This document shows, piece by piece, positions 8,023-17,088 of a stretch of DNA of 64,000 nucleotides. Each line of letters starts with the position of its first letter. Positions within the stretch are counted from its first letter, which is position 1. The position numbers and the translations under genes are program-made. The notes beneath the pieces were generated by a model, which saw nothing but the letters and a program-made list of their open reading frames with translations, was not told where the DNA came from and did not search any database. The DNA comes from a virus (Duplodnaviria; Caudoviricetes), in the IMG/VR virus record IMGVR_UViG_3300020045_009164, positions 1 through 64,000 of that record. The stretch is one strand, 5' to 3'.

Positions 8023-8397
8023 ATGATAATAAAAGATGCTAGTTTCTCTGTTTTAGTGGGGAAGACATTAACAGCAGTAGAGAATGTTGATAATGAGGAA
8101 ATATTTTTCGCTACCTCAGATGGGAGCAAGTACTGGATGGGGCACCACCAGGACTGTTGTGAATCTGTAGAGGTAGAGGAGATTATAGGTGATTTACAGG
8201 ACTTGATTGGTAGCCCTATACTATTGGCAGAGGAGGTTACTAAAGAATCAGAAACAACTGACATTGATTTTAGACAGACTTGGACATTTTATAAGTTATC
8301 CACAGTCAAGAGCAGTGTGACTATCCGGTGGCTGGGGGAGAGCAACGGTTACTATTCTGAGAGTGTTGATTTCGGTTTGGTAAAGTATTCAAAGTAG
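8023..8397 (+). CDS. conserved phage hypothetical protein (HHQDCCESV motif)
   Basis: AGGAGA RBS; motif pattern typical of phage early proteins. Confidence 0.85.
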   Translation: MIIKDASFSVLVGKTLTAVENVDNEEIFFATSDGSKYWMGHHQDCCESVEVEEIIGDLQDLIGSPILLAEEVTKESETTDIDFRQTWTFYKLSTVKSSVTIRWLGESNGYYSESVDFGLVKYSK

Positions 8398-8406
8398 GAG
8401 ACAAAC

Positions 8407-9912
8407 ATGGACAGACAAGAGTGGAGCAGCTACAAACATGAAAACAACGGTTATGTCAGCACTGAGCTGTGGAGAATTGTAAGAGATGCTTGTGACCAAT
8501 GCTCAATCACTAACACCTTAATGGTAACTGGTTTCGGTGGTGGATGGGCAGCTATCGAGGGCCTCAGAAACTACAACTACATAACTTTCGGGCTGGCTGA
8601 CGAATCAAGGATATCGGCTTTCCCAGCTAGTTTCTTCTACAACATGGTCTGGGATACTTTCGTAGATCCAACTATTGAGAGCGATGCTAGACTTATCAGT
8701 GTACTCAGATCCTACTGGAATGACGAACCTTCAAGCGGTAAGCGAATGGAGAAAGCCTTCTTCATTAAAATTGGTAAGTTCCTGACCGCCATGGGCCTGG
8801 ACGGGGCGGACTCTTGTCTCTGTGCCAACATCGCTGAGAGGCTGAGACTGAGGGCTAAAGTGGACCTGTCAGTCATTAAAGTGACTGGTCAGGTGAGTAG
8901 TATATACAACACTACTCATGCACCTAGTGGCTCGATAGGTAGTAGCTGTATGCGAAGCTCAAACCAAGATAGGTTTCAGATTTACGAGGACATCGGTTGC
9001 CAGATTGCCTACATTCTCGATGAAAACAACAGACTGGCTGGCAGAGCATTGCTCCATGAAAACGTACACAGAGGTGACGAGACTTTCAAACTCATGGATC
9101 GGATCTATTTTGACTGTGAAAAGACCAAAGCCATATTCTACTCCTGGGCGAGGGAGAACGGCTATACCAGAAAGGAGAGGCAGGAGCTTAACTGTGACAG
9201 TTATATCAGACCTGGCGGCAGCTGCTTTGAAGACTCAGCGCTGTACATAGAGACTGGCAGCAGCCTGTTGGGTAAATACGAAGAAGTGCCGTATATAGAC
9301 ACCTTTGCCCATTACAATGACAAAGAGCAGAGGCTCTACAATTACAGTGCAGATGGGGTTATAACCTGCATGAAGGAGACTGACGGGAATGACTCTGAAG
9401 GTGTTATAGCTATCAGAGCAGGTGAAACGTGCTGCTGCTGTGGAGAACGTGACAGAGAGTATGGTAGGCGGCACGACGACGAGTTTTATTGTGAAGAGTG
9501 CTTTAACGGCAGATTTATACGGTGTGAGTGTTGTGGAGATTACAGTAGTAACGACTGCACCTATAATGTAGGTGGTGGCTACGTCTGTGAATACTGTTTT
9601 GACAGAAACTACTTCACCTGTGATGCCTGCGGTGATAACCATGAGCGTAGTGAATACAATGAGACTCAAGATGGCGATGTTATCTGCCGAGGCTGTTATG
9701 AGAATAACTACTTCACCTGTGATGACTGTGGCGAGATATGCCATATCAATGATTCAAGGTCTACAGCCGATGGAGATGATATCTGCCGAGGCTGTTATGA
9801 GAATAACTACTTCACCTGTGGTGGGTGCGGTGAAATTCATAACGATAGCGACGGGGTAGATGGAAAATCTATCTGTATCAGTTGCCACGAGTCAATGGAG
9901 GTGGAGGCATGA
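8407..9912 (+). CDS. hypothetical protein with C-terminal tandem CxxC zinc-finger repeats
   Basis: SSCM...GRALL...MDRIY core, then several YFTCxxCG...CxxCY repeats of 33 aa. Confidence 0.85.
   Translation: MDRQEWSSYKHENNGYVSTELWRIVRDACDQCSITNTLMVTGFGGGWAAIEGLRNYNYITFGLADESRISAFPASFFYNMVWDTFVDPTIESDARLISVLRSYWNDEPSSGKRMEKAFFIKIGKFLTAMGLDGADSCLCANIAERLRLRAKVDLSVIKVTGQVSSIYNTTHAPSGSIGSSCMRSSNQDRFQIYEDIGCQIAYILDENNRLAGRALLHENVHRGDETFKLMDRIYFDCEKTKAIFYSWARENGYTRKERQELNCDSYIRPGGSCFEDSALYIETGSSLLGKYEEVPYIDTFAHYNDKEQRLYNYSADGVITCMKETDGNDSEGVIAIRAGETCCCCGERDREYGRRHDDEFYCEECFNGRFIRCECCGDYSSNDCTYNVGGGYVCEYCFDRNYFTCDACGDNHERSEYNETQDGDVICRGCYENNYFTCDDCGEICHINDSRSTADGDDICRGCYENNYFTCGGCGEIHNDSDGVDGKSICISCHESMEVEA
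9681..9820 (+). repeat. coding direct repeat, 41 bp exact x2, 99 bp period
   Basis: TATCTGCCGAGGCTGTTATGAGAATAACTACTTCACCTGTG at 9681-9721 and 9780-9820; partial third copy near 9608. Confidence 0.95.
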
Positions 9913-10763
9913 AGGTAGAAGACATCTTGGTTATGACTGAACATGAATTGAGAGGTTATGTAGTTTCTTGCTTAAAGAAAAAGAAGACCCCTCACACAGT
10001 GACTAAGGATTACATCATCACTCAAAATGAGGGGACACTGCCTCTCATCTGTGTCCACACTGATATAGTTGGGAATGTGCCACCAACTAAGAGCCAGATT
10101 GTGAAAAAGGGTAAGGTGCTGTCCGTCAAGGGTGCTAGAGTTTTGGGAGCTGATGACAGGGCTGGAGTGTTTATTGCTTTGAACCTCTTATCTAGAGATG
10201 ATTTCAATTTCGCCTTTTTTGCCCAGGAGGAAGCTGGTTGTAAAGGCAGCTCACAATTCACTTTTACTGAGGACCTGTATCAATACAGTTGCTTTATAGG
10301 GCTGGACAGAGCCTCAAGAGGCGGAATGCAGAACATAGCTAAATATGACTATGACAACCAAGAACTGATGGATCTCTTTGACTACCCAGAGAGTAGTGGC
10401 AGCGTTTGTGACGCCTCTGTACTCTCAGAAAATTCTGATATAGCCTGTGTCAATCTATCTGTCGGCTATGACAATGAACACACCAATCGAGAGACTCTTG
10501 ATCTGGATTTGATGTATGAAACACTTCAGATCATGGAGGACATCGTCATACCTGAGACAATCTACAAATACCAAGTCAATAGAAATAGTTGGAGGAAGTG
10601 GCTGAGTTGGGAGAAAGATGTTGAAACGAAATACAGTCCGGTAGTTTGTGATAATTGTGGGCTACACAGCGTTTTGTACATAGTTGACGGCATGTATGTT
10701 TGCGAGGATTGTATCGTTGAAGTGGAGGATGCCTATATGATAGGCTCAGTGGCTCAAATTTAA
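9909..10763 (+). CDS. M20/M28-like zinc metallopeptidase
   Basis: HTD, GADDRAG, EEAGCKGS, DR and EHT metal-ligand motifs. Confidence 0.8.
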   Translation: MKVEDILVMTEHELRGYVVSCLKKKKTPHTVTKDYIITQNEGTLPLICVHTDIVGNVPPTKSQIVKKGKVLSVKGARVLGADDRAGVFIALNLLSRDDFNFAFFAQEEAGCKGSSQFTFTEDLYQYSCFIGLDRASRGGMQNIAKYDYDNQELMDLFDYPESSGSVCDASVLSENSDIACVNLSVGYDNEHTNRETLDLDLMYETLQIMEDIVIPETIYKYQVNRNSWRKWLSWEKDVETKYSPVVCDNCGLHSVLYIVDGMYVCEDCIVEVEDAYMIGSVAQI

Positions 10764-10837
10764 ACTATTAGGTGCCAGTCCATGTCTGAGTATGGACTGG
10801 CTTGGAAAACGATTCTAGACCTATTGGAGGAGGCAGC

Positions 10838-11026
10838 ATGTTCATAGTGACAGTCATCAACAATGAATATAAATGGTATCTCAAGTCAACAACCTGGACA
10901 GGTTTCTTGGACAGAGCTGACAAATTCATGACTGAGCAAGAAGCAAGAGATGCAGCTAAGAGAGCAGAAAAATTTATGCATCCAAGGATCAAGAGAAATT
11001 ATAAAATTGATGATTTAACAAAGTGA
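10838..11026 (+). CDS. hypothetical protein
   Basis: GGAGG RBS; part of the tandem early cluster. Confidence 0.7.
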   Translation: MFIVTVINNEYKWYLKSTTWTGFLDRADKFMTEQEARDAAKRAEKFMHPRIKRNYKIDDLTK

Positions 11027-11041
11027 GAACGGAGGAGACAA

Positions 11042-11311
11042 ATGCATACTAAAGGGCCTTGGTTGCTTCAGAAGTCAACCATATACGTTATGAAACCAGA
11101 ATATGAGTGGGTTGCTACCACCAACCGTATAATTGGTGGGATGCCGGAAGACAGAGAAAAGGAAGAGGCAAACGCCAGACTCATAGCTGCTGCTCCTGAT
11201 CTTCTTGAGGCTGCTGAGATGGTAGCGATTGATTTGGAAAATGCTGTTGGTAACAGGGAGACAATGGCTGCTTGTCTTAGAGCCGCAATCAACAAAGCCA
11301 AAGGAGAATAG
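11042..11311 (+). CDS. phage hypothetical protein (HTxGPW...ANARLIAAAPDLLEA family)
   Basis: Common phage motif; RBS. Confidence 0.85.
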   Translation: MHTKGPWLLQKSTIYVMKPEYEWVATTNRIIGGMPEDREKEEANARLIAAAPDLLEAAEMVAIDLENAVGNRETMAACLRAAINKAKGE

Positions 11312-11313
11312 TA

Positions 11314-11619
11314 ATGAATTCAAGAATATGCCAACATTGCGGGGTGGATACCAATAACGAGAATCACGCTTGTGATTGCCCTTTTGTGACAGGAATGTGG
11401 CAGGAAAAGATTGATGTTTTGCTTGAGGCTCTAACTTATGCTTTTAAAGGTATGCCAGAAGTAGTATATCGCCGTCCCTCTGAGTATATTGATGGATATA
11501 TGGAACGCGATCTGGATTTCATGGAGAATAACAAAGACGCCTGTATATGGTTCCTTGAGAATAGGGATTTCATATTTAATAATGTTAATCGAGCAATTAA
11601 TAGAGCCAGAGGAGAATGA
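11314..11619 (+). CDS. hypothetical protein
   Basis: Tandem ORF. Confidence 0.7.
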   Translation: MNSRICQHCGVDTNNENHACDCPFVTGMWQEKIDVLLEALTYAFKGMPEVVYRRPSEYIDGYMERDLDFMENNKDACIWFLENRDFIFNNVNRAINRARGE

Positions 11620-11799
11620 TATGATAACTACGGAAGTCGTTATTGCAAAACATGACCCATCAGAACGGTTGTGCAAGCACTGGAAAAAGATATGGCTGAA
11701 GAGGAGGAGAAATACAGAAGATTTGAGTGGGCCTACGCCCTGCTGAAAGTTATGGAGGATGATCCAGAAGAGTTGTCAGTCTTATTGTATGGCCATTGA
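11616..11799 (+). pseudogene. probable disrupted small gene
   Basis: ATG overlaps the previous stop; the shifted frame reads DNYGSRYCKT*PIRTVVQALEKDMAEEEEKYRRFEWAYALLK... and ends just before the next ATG. Confidence 0.4.
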
Positions 11800-11800
11800 T

Positions 11801-11977
11801 ATGATCAAAAATCTACCGAAAGAAATTCAAGAAGCCCTTCAACTTTTATGGGATTATTCTGACGACGCCTGTTTGTCAGGACGAACTCAGGAGGAGTGTG
11901 AAGAAGAAGGATTTGATTGTCAGGGTGAGAGTGCTCACTATGTAACTTTTGTTATTTCGAGGAGATCACAATGCTAA
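11801..11977 (+). CDS. hypothetical protein
   Basis: Tandem ORF; start chosen after the preceding stop. Confidence 0.55.
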   Translation: MIKNLPKEIQEALQLLWDYSDDACLSGRTQEECEEEGFDCQGESAHYVTFVISRRSQC

Positions 11978-12246
11978 CCAAGAATCACTTCCAACAAGCT
12001 ATAGATGCTCAGTCAGCATGTAATCTTTCAGGCATCGTCCATAGTTTTAGTGAAACCTTAACTCACATCTGGGAGGATTCAGATGGTAGGGGTACAGATT
12101 GGGTGAACAAACATCCCATCTGCCGCCTGTACGCTGAACAGATTTGCTTCTTGTCAGGAGGTGGGGCTACTATGGATGGAAACTCTTATAGGGTGGCTTA
12201 TAACCAGGTTGAGGAAATTATAGCTCAGTGGAGGGACTATGATTGA
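11971..12246 (+). CDS. hypothetical protein
   Basis: GGAG RBS; overlapping tandem ORF. Confidence 0.8.
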   Translation: MLTKNHFQQAIDAQSACNLSGIVHSFSETLTHIWEDSDGRGTDWVNKHPICRLYAEQICFLSGGGATMDGNSYRVAYNQVEEIIAQWRDYD

Positions 12247-12442
12247 CTTCATCCTAGCCTCAACAACAGGGGTGATACTTTACAATCTCTTCCCAAAGCT
12301 CTATGAAACCCCAGTAAAATTTTTGTTTGTGTTAGTCGTATTGACAATGTTGGTAATGTATATAAGTGATTTAATCAAGAGGAGATTTACAGATGAAACC
12401 AGGAGAAGAAATAGAAAAGGCCAAAATCAGGCTGGCAGATGA
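12239..12442 (+). CDS. small membrane protein
   Basis: Two hydrophobic segments. Confidence 0.7.
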   Translation: MIDFILASTTGVILYNLFPKLYETPVKFLFVLVVLTMLVMYISDLIKRRFTDETRRRNRKGQNQAGR

Positions 12443-12572
12443 CATTTTCTACATGATCAGGGACTTTAACGAGAAACATGGGTGCATGATTTCTAGTATA
12501 AATCTCAGATATGCCAGCACTGTGGGTTGTAATGAGGAGTTATTTCAAGTTGCTTTAACAGTGGAGATTTAA
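12393..12572 (+). CDS. hypothetical protein (59 aa)
   Basis: MKPGEEIEKAKIRLADDIFYMIRDF...; GGAG RBS; fills the gap before 12575. Confidence 0.65.
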   Translation: MKPGEEIEKAKIRLADDIFYMIRDFNEKHGCMISSINLRYASTVGCNEELFQVALTVEI

Positions 12573-12574
12573 CC

Positions 12575-12970
12575 ATGGGAACCAACTATTACTTACACCA
12601 AGAACCGTGTCCACACTGTAAACACCAACCAGAACCTCTACACATCGGTAAGTCATCTGGGGGTTGGTGCTTCTCCCTCCATGTCATACCTGAACTTGGC
12701 TTGAATAGCTTGGAGGATTGGAAGGAGTTGTGCCAGGACCAATATACCTATACCATTAAAGATGAGTATGGATATATTATCTCTTTACAGAAGCTACTTG
12801 GGATTATTACGGAGAGATCACAAAAGAGGGTGCCACAAGACAACTTTGACTTTGAAAGAAACTATGCTGAACCAGGACCAAATGGTTTAGTAAGGAGCAA
12901 GATAGATGGTGAGCGTTGTCTTGGCCATGGTGAAGGAACTTGGGATTACATTATAGGAGATTTTTCATGA
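12575..12970 (+). CDS. conserved phage hypothetical protein (MGTNYY...HIGKSSGGW)
   Basis: Recognisable phage motif. Confidence 0.85.
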   Translation: MGTNYYLHQEPCPHCKHQPEPLHIGKSSGGWCFSLHVIPELGLNSLEDWKELCQDQYTYTIKDEYGYIISLQKLLGIITERSQKRVPQDNFDFERNYAEPGPNGLVRSKIDGERCLGHGEGTWDYIIGDFS

Positions 12971-13134
12971 TCTGCTATAGAGACATCACGTTCTGCACCT
13001 TCTACGAAACCTGTAAAGAGCCATGCTACAGGGCGCTGACACCTGATGTAATTGCCGCTGCTGAATTATGGTGGGGGAGTGAGGATGTACCAATAGCTAC
13101 TTTTATGGAAAAACCTGAATGTTATAAACCTTAA
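12967..13134 (+). CDS. small Cys-containing phage protein
   Basis: MICYRDITFC...; ATGA overlap. Confidence 0.75.
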   Translation: MICYRDITFCTFYETCKEPCYRALTPDVIAAAELWWGSEDVPIATFMEKPECYKP

Positions 13135-13181
13135 TACTTTCTCCCAAACTATCATCCAGTAAAAATTCAAAGGAGACAAAA

Positions 13182-13572
13182 ATGAGAATCAAAAATGGTT
13201 TCATAACCAAGTATGAAGACAACACCATTAAATTTCACAACGTAAGACCTACATGTACCCACAGCTTCTGGTACTCAGACAATTATGTCATATTGAGGCC
13301 GGAGATGTTTGATGACGTTGACCTGGGAGATCGGGATAAATCTTTGAAGCAGGTACACGGTGGTAAGTTGATTATGCCTCTGCCTGAGTTGAGGGTGGAC
13401 GATAAGGTGATGGATAGCAGTGGATTAAGATTCCACTTCTCTCACTTTAACGAGGAGGGGGGAGATGATGGTCTTTCAAGACGGCGGGACATCATGGACA
13501 TCAACTATTACTTTTGTACTGAAAAAATGGAAACTTCCCAATGAGGAGAAACAAAATGACCAAGAATTCTAA
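13182..13572 (+). pseudogene. phage protein with an apparent +1 shift in the G6 run (13457-13462)
   Basis: FHFSHFNEEG continues as EMMVFQDGGTSWTS...KWKLP in the +1 frame, a typical FSHF..G...F.dG.TSW pattern. Confidence 0.6.
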
Positions 13573-13777
13573 GCAAGCAGTAAGAGAAATGAAGCCAGTG
13601 GATATGACTGATCACGGCTTCTCTGATTATCTTTTCAGAGCAGATCCCAATTGGCAGTATGAATCTGTCACAACTACGCCACCTTACACAAAATACTTCA
13701 CGAAGAATAAGAAGAAAATTCTGGCTATTGTTATATACGACAACGCTAGATCAACTCGGAGGATTTACATACCATGA
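13556..13777 (+). CDS. hypothetical protein
   Basis: GAGGAG RBS. Confidence 0.7.
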   Translation: MTKNSKQAVREMKPVDMTDHGFSDYLFRADPNWQYESVTTTPPYTKYFTKNKKKILAIVIYDNARSTRRIYIP

Positions 13778-14817
13778 GACTAATAAAGTTTCCGTCAATA
13801 GAGCAATACAGGAATGTAATAAGGAATGTAAAACACAAAGCTCAATTTGTTGGTCTTGATGAAAACGGGGAGCCAATTGTAAACACCAGGGCGAAACTAC
13901 CAACCTTGGATTTTGAAGGAACAGTAAAGCTCCACGGTACCAACGCTGGAGTTGGTATAGATCCCAGATGTAATATGCGGGTGCAATCAAGAACAAACAT
14001 AATCACACCTGAAAAAGACAATGCTGGATTTGCTATGTTTGTTCATAACAATAAAAATATATTTATAGACATAGTAGGTGAGTCAGTTGACCTTAGAACA
14101 GGAACACTTGACAAAGATGTGATTGTATTTGGAGAGTGGTGTGGGGGAAGCATTCAGAAAGGGGTTGCTATTTGTCAACTGCCAAAGATGTTTGTTGTAT
14201 TTAATATATCTCTGGTGGATAGCGAAGGTAATAAGGACTACTTGAGTAGAAACGAAATTGAATATGTTACGAGAGGTTGTGATGATGGTTTAGTAAAATC
14301 TATCTATAGCTTCCCCACTTGGACTATGAAAATAGACTTTGACAATCCAGCTTTATACCAGAATGAATTAAACACTATAACTGAGGGGGTAGAAACTGAA
14401 TGCCCTGTAGGGAAGTCGCTAGGTGTCACAGGTGTGGGAGAAGGTGTTGTATGGAGGTGTGTTACTCTAGGGTATGAGGATTCTGGCTTCTGGTTTAAGG
14501 TCAAAGGGGAGAAGCACAGTCAGAGTAAGGTCAGAACACTAGCCAAAGTTGATGTAGAAAAACTAAATAGTATAAAAGAGTTGGCGGATAAAGTAGCTAA
14601 TAATGAAAGGCTTGAGCAAGCCCACCAAGTAGTATTCGACACTCTTAATGGCGGGGAAACTGATATTAAAAAGATGGGAGATTTTATAAAGGCTGTGATG
14701 GCTGACATATTCAAGGAGGAGATGGATACTGTCTCTGCTAGTGGGTTTACAGGGAAGGAGTTGAGCCAACCTGTTTACAAAATATGTCGGGATTTTATCA
14801 TGAGAAGGTTAAATTAA
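13774..14817 (+). CDS. Rnl2-like RNA ligase
   Basis: VKLHGTN (motif I KxxG), FGEW, GEGVVW and FKVK nucleotidyltransferase motifs. Confidence 0.8.
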   Translation: MRLIKFPSIEQYRNVIRNVKHKAQFVGLDENGEPIVNTRAKLPTLDFEGTVKLHGTNAGVGIDPRCNMRVQSRTNIITPEKDNAGFAMFVHNNKNIFIDIVGESVDLRTGTLDKDVIVFGEWCGGSIQKGVAICQLPKMFVVFNISLVDSEGNKDYLSRNEIEYVTRGCDDGLVKSIYSFPTWTMKIDFDNPALYQNELNTITEGVETECPVGKSLGVTGVGEGVVWRCVTLGYEDSGFWFKVKGEKHSQSKVRTLAKVDVEKLNSIKELADKVANNERLEQAHQVVFDTLNGGETDIKKMGDFIKAVMADIFKEEMDTVSASGFTGKELSQPVYKICRDFIMRRLN

Positions 14818-14833
14818 GGGGGTGTGGTGTGTG

Positions 14834-15088
14834 ATGAGAATTCTTTCGATTGACGCTTGGGCTGATGGTGACGGCTGGTCCTGGAACCAGTGGTGGATAG
14901 TAGGTGAGATAACCAAAGAGGAATTTGAAGCTATCACTGACTATGCTCAGTGGTTTGTTGATAACGGCTACATAGAACCTCACGCTGAGTCTTTGGTAGA
15001 TACTGAAGATGATCAATATAACATTGTGCTGTTTGAGAAAGAGAATGGTATGCCCATATACGCTATTGAATATGGCCCAGAATACTAA
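14834..15088 (+). CDS. hypothetical protein
   Basis: Tandem ORF with protein-like composition. Confidence 0.8.
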   Translation: MRILSIDAWADGDGWSWNQWWIVGEITKEEFEAITDYAQWFVDNGYIEPHAESLVDTEDDQYNIVLFEKENGMPIYAIEYGPEY

Positions 15089-15327
15089 ATGAAACTTATA
15101 GAACTTAAATGTGGGGCTGTGGGGCGCAGGGGTGTCTATATGTGACGACTGCGCTTTCTGGGCCGACAACTCAATACACCTTGGGAGAAGATATGGGCAT
15201 AGAAGAAACCAACCAACTCTTAGACGAAATCATCAACCAAATCCATGTAGATATAATTTTACCTGGAACTATGACCATTGATGAGGTGGTATCAGCTGTT
15301 GAAATAGGACTGAGGACAGACAGATGA
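15089..15327 (+). CDS. hypothetical protein; 5' part possibly frameshifted
   Basis: The ATG right after the previous stop is out of frame with the 15109-15327 ORF; the junction lies in a G run. Confidence 0.5.
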
Positions 15328-15587
15328 TCCTAGAACTCAGAGTCCTCCACGACGACGCCAAAGTAAGAATGTTGACTACAGTCTGGCCAGCCAGGTCATT
15401 TGGACCAAGTGATCTGGCTAGGGCCGGGAAACTTCTTTTAAGTTCTGATAGTACAATAATTTCAGTTAGATCTAATTACTTATCTAAAATATTTGACTCA
15501 AAACAATGGACTTGGCAGCGATCAGACTTGACTTCAGATCAAGAACGTCTGGTGGATCTGCTGGAGGAGGAGGAGGTGACATGGTGA
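15324..15587 (+). CDS. hypothetical protein
   Basis: ATGA overlaps. Confidence 0.7.
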   Translation: MILELRVLHDDAKVRMLTTVWPARSFGPSDLARAGKLLLSSDSTIISVRSNYLSKIFDSKQWTWQRSDLTSDQERLVDLLEEEEVTW

Positions 15588-15772
15588 CAATGAAAGCAAA
15601 AGAGCTTGCTGAACAATTGCTCAGACACCCTGATTTTGATGTTGAGTTTGGGTTTCTAGAGCCTGATGGATCATCTTGGGGGATTAGGCTTCGTAGGTTT
15701 GTGGTGATGATTGACGACATAGGTTACAGCAGTAAGAAAGTTATTCTTGGACCGAGAGAGGAGATAAAATGA
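15581..15772 (+). CDS. hypothetical protein
   Basis: AGGAGG RBS. Confidence 0.75.
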   Translation: MVTMKAKELAEQLLRHPDFDVEFGFLEPDGSSWGIRLRRFVVMIDDIGYSSKKVILGPREEIK

Positions 15773-15996
15773 AACCGGGAGACTTGGTTGCTATTAGAGG
15801 GGATTTACGTCTAAATATGAATGGTCAGTGTAGCTATACTCCAGATCAGCTAGTAGATGGTAAGTATGTGAAACATACCGGACACGGTGGGATTTGGACT
15901 GGTGTTGTGAAGAAGATTAGAGGAGACAGGGTTCTGGTTGGAGGAGGTTGGTGGTATTATAATTTGTGTGAAGTTATAACTGAAGGAGACAAATAA
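15769..15996 (+). CDS. hypothetical protein (SH3/KOW-like beta-rich)
   Basis: MKPGDLVAI...GVVKKIRGDRVLV pattern. Confidence 0.75.
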   Translation: MKPGDLVAIRGDLRLNMNGQCSYTPDQLVDGKYVKHTGHGGIWTGVVKKIRGDRVLVGGGWWYYNLCEVITEGDK

Positions 15997-16427
15997 TGAA
16001 TATAACAATCAAAAAACTTACAGAAAACACCAACATTCCAGCAAAACTTGTACGATCAGTAATCACTCAACTCGGAGGGTGGGAATCATTTCAGCAATCA
16101 GCACCTGATATCACCAACCATGGAATTGATGGTGGCTTCCATGGCTTCATCTACTACACCGACACAGTAGCCTTCTTCAAGAAAAATAGAGCTGCTATTT
16201 TGGAGCTGGCCGAAGATGAATGGCGAGACATTGGTTACGAGGGAATGTTCTCCATGTTTGCCTCGTTCAACTGTATGAAGAGTTTGGAAGTGAGGGAGGA
16301 TGAAATAGCCAAAGTCATCTACACTTACAAAGGTGAGTGCGCTGACCAGATTATGAATTGTCTGGCTTGGTATGCCGGTGAGGAAGTGGCTAGAGCCTAC
16401 TGTGATTTAGTGGAGGAGTCGAAATGA
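15996..16427 (+). CDS. conserved phage hypothetical protein (GIDGGFHGFIYY)
   Basis: RBS; phage-typical motif. Confidence 0.85.
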   Translation: MNITIKKLTENTNIPAKLVRSVITQLGGWESFQQSAPDITNHGIDGGFHGFIYYTDTVAFFKKNRAAILELAEDEWRDIGYEGMFSMFASFNCMKSLEVREDEIAKVIYTYKGECADQIMNCLAWYAGEEVARAYCDLVEESK

Positions 16428-16747
16428 AAAAGAAAGTGAGAGCAGAAGTTTTTGCCGGGGGTATAGGAAATCTAACTGGGGGTCTGGCTGTTGTTACCAA
16501 GAAGTTTAATGAGTGGTTGGAGAGTGTGCCGGAGGAATATAGGAGTAGTGTTGAGTTAGAAATATCTTGTAATGATTGTGGTGAATATGGGTTCTCTACA
16601 GTAGAAATATACTACTACAGAGATGAGACTGACGAGGAAGAGGCAGCGAGGGAGAAGAAAGAGGCTAGAGGAAGGAAGTACGCTGAGGAAGAGGAGAGAA
16701 GAAAATACTTAGAACTCAAGAGAAAGTTTGAGGGAGACAACAAATGA
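16424..16747 (+). CDS. hypothetical protein
   Basis: RBS; YYRDETDEE...YLELKRKFE pattern. Confidence 0.85.
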   Translation: MKKKVRAEVFAGGIGNLTGGLAVVTKKFNEWLESVPEEYRSSVELEISCNDCGEYGFSTVEIYYYRDETDEEEAAREKKEARGRKYAEEEERRKYLELKRKFEGDNK

Positions 16748-17088
16748 CCAGAGACATAACCCCTAACTGTCCTGATTGCGGGGCTGGAATAGGAGAGATT
16801 CATTACAACTATTGTGATGTGGAGAGGTGTGCTGAGTGTGGAGGTCAGTATATATCATGTGGCTGTCCCGAAAACATCCACCCAAGACTACCTTGGACAG
16901 GACACTGGCCAGGAATTTTTGAATGTCAAGAGTTCGGTTGGTATTGTAAGTTTGTACGTGGCAAGGGGTGGGTTAGTTGCAGTGAGGAAGATACAGAAGC
17001 CACGGAGGATTTAAATAAGTTAAGTTTTGAAGCAGTATGGAGTGTTGAAAAGGGAAGATTCATAAAGTTTGAAGGAGAAGACAAATGA
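16744..17088 (+). CDS. Cys-rich zinc-binding hypothetical protein
   Basis: CPDCG...H...CDVERCAECGGQYISCGC. Confidence 0.85.
   Translation: MTRDITPNCPDCGAGIGEIHYNYCDVERCAECGGQYISCGCPENIHPRLPWTGHWPGIFECQEFGWYCKFVRGKGWVSCSEEDTEATEDLNKLSFEAVWSVEKGRFIKFEGEDK

Noticed and set aside
9601-9820. CRISPR-like repeat-spacer pattern (41 bp repeats)
   Set aside because: The 99 bp period is in frame and encodes zinc-finger repeats; only two exact copies; no cas genes.
7391-11655. Alternative genetic code or stop readthrough (in-frame TAA at 7391, TGA at 11653)
   Set aside because: TAA, TGA and TAG all end well-supported genes throughout the window; isolated lesions or sequence errors are simpler.
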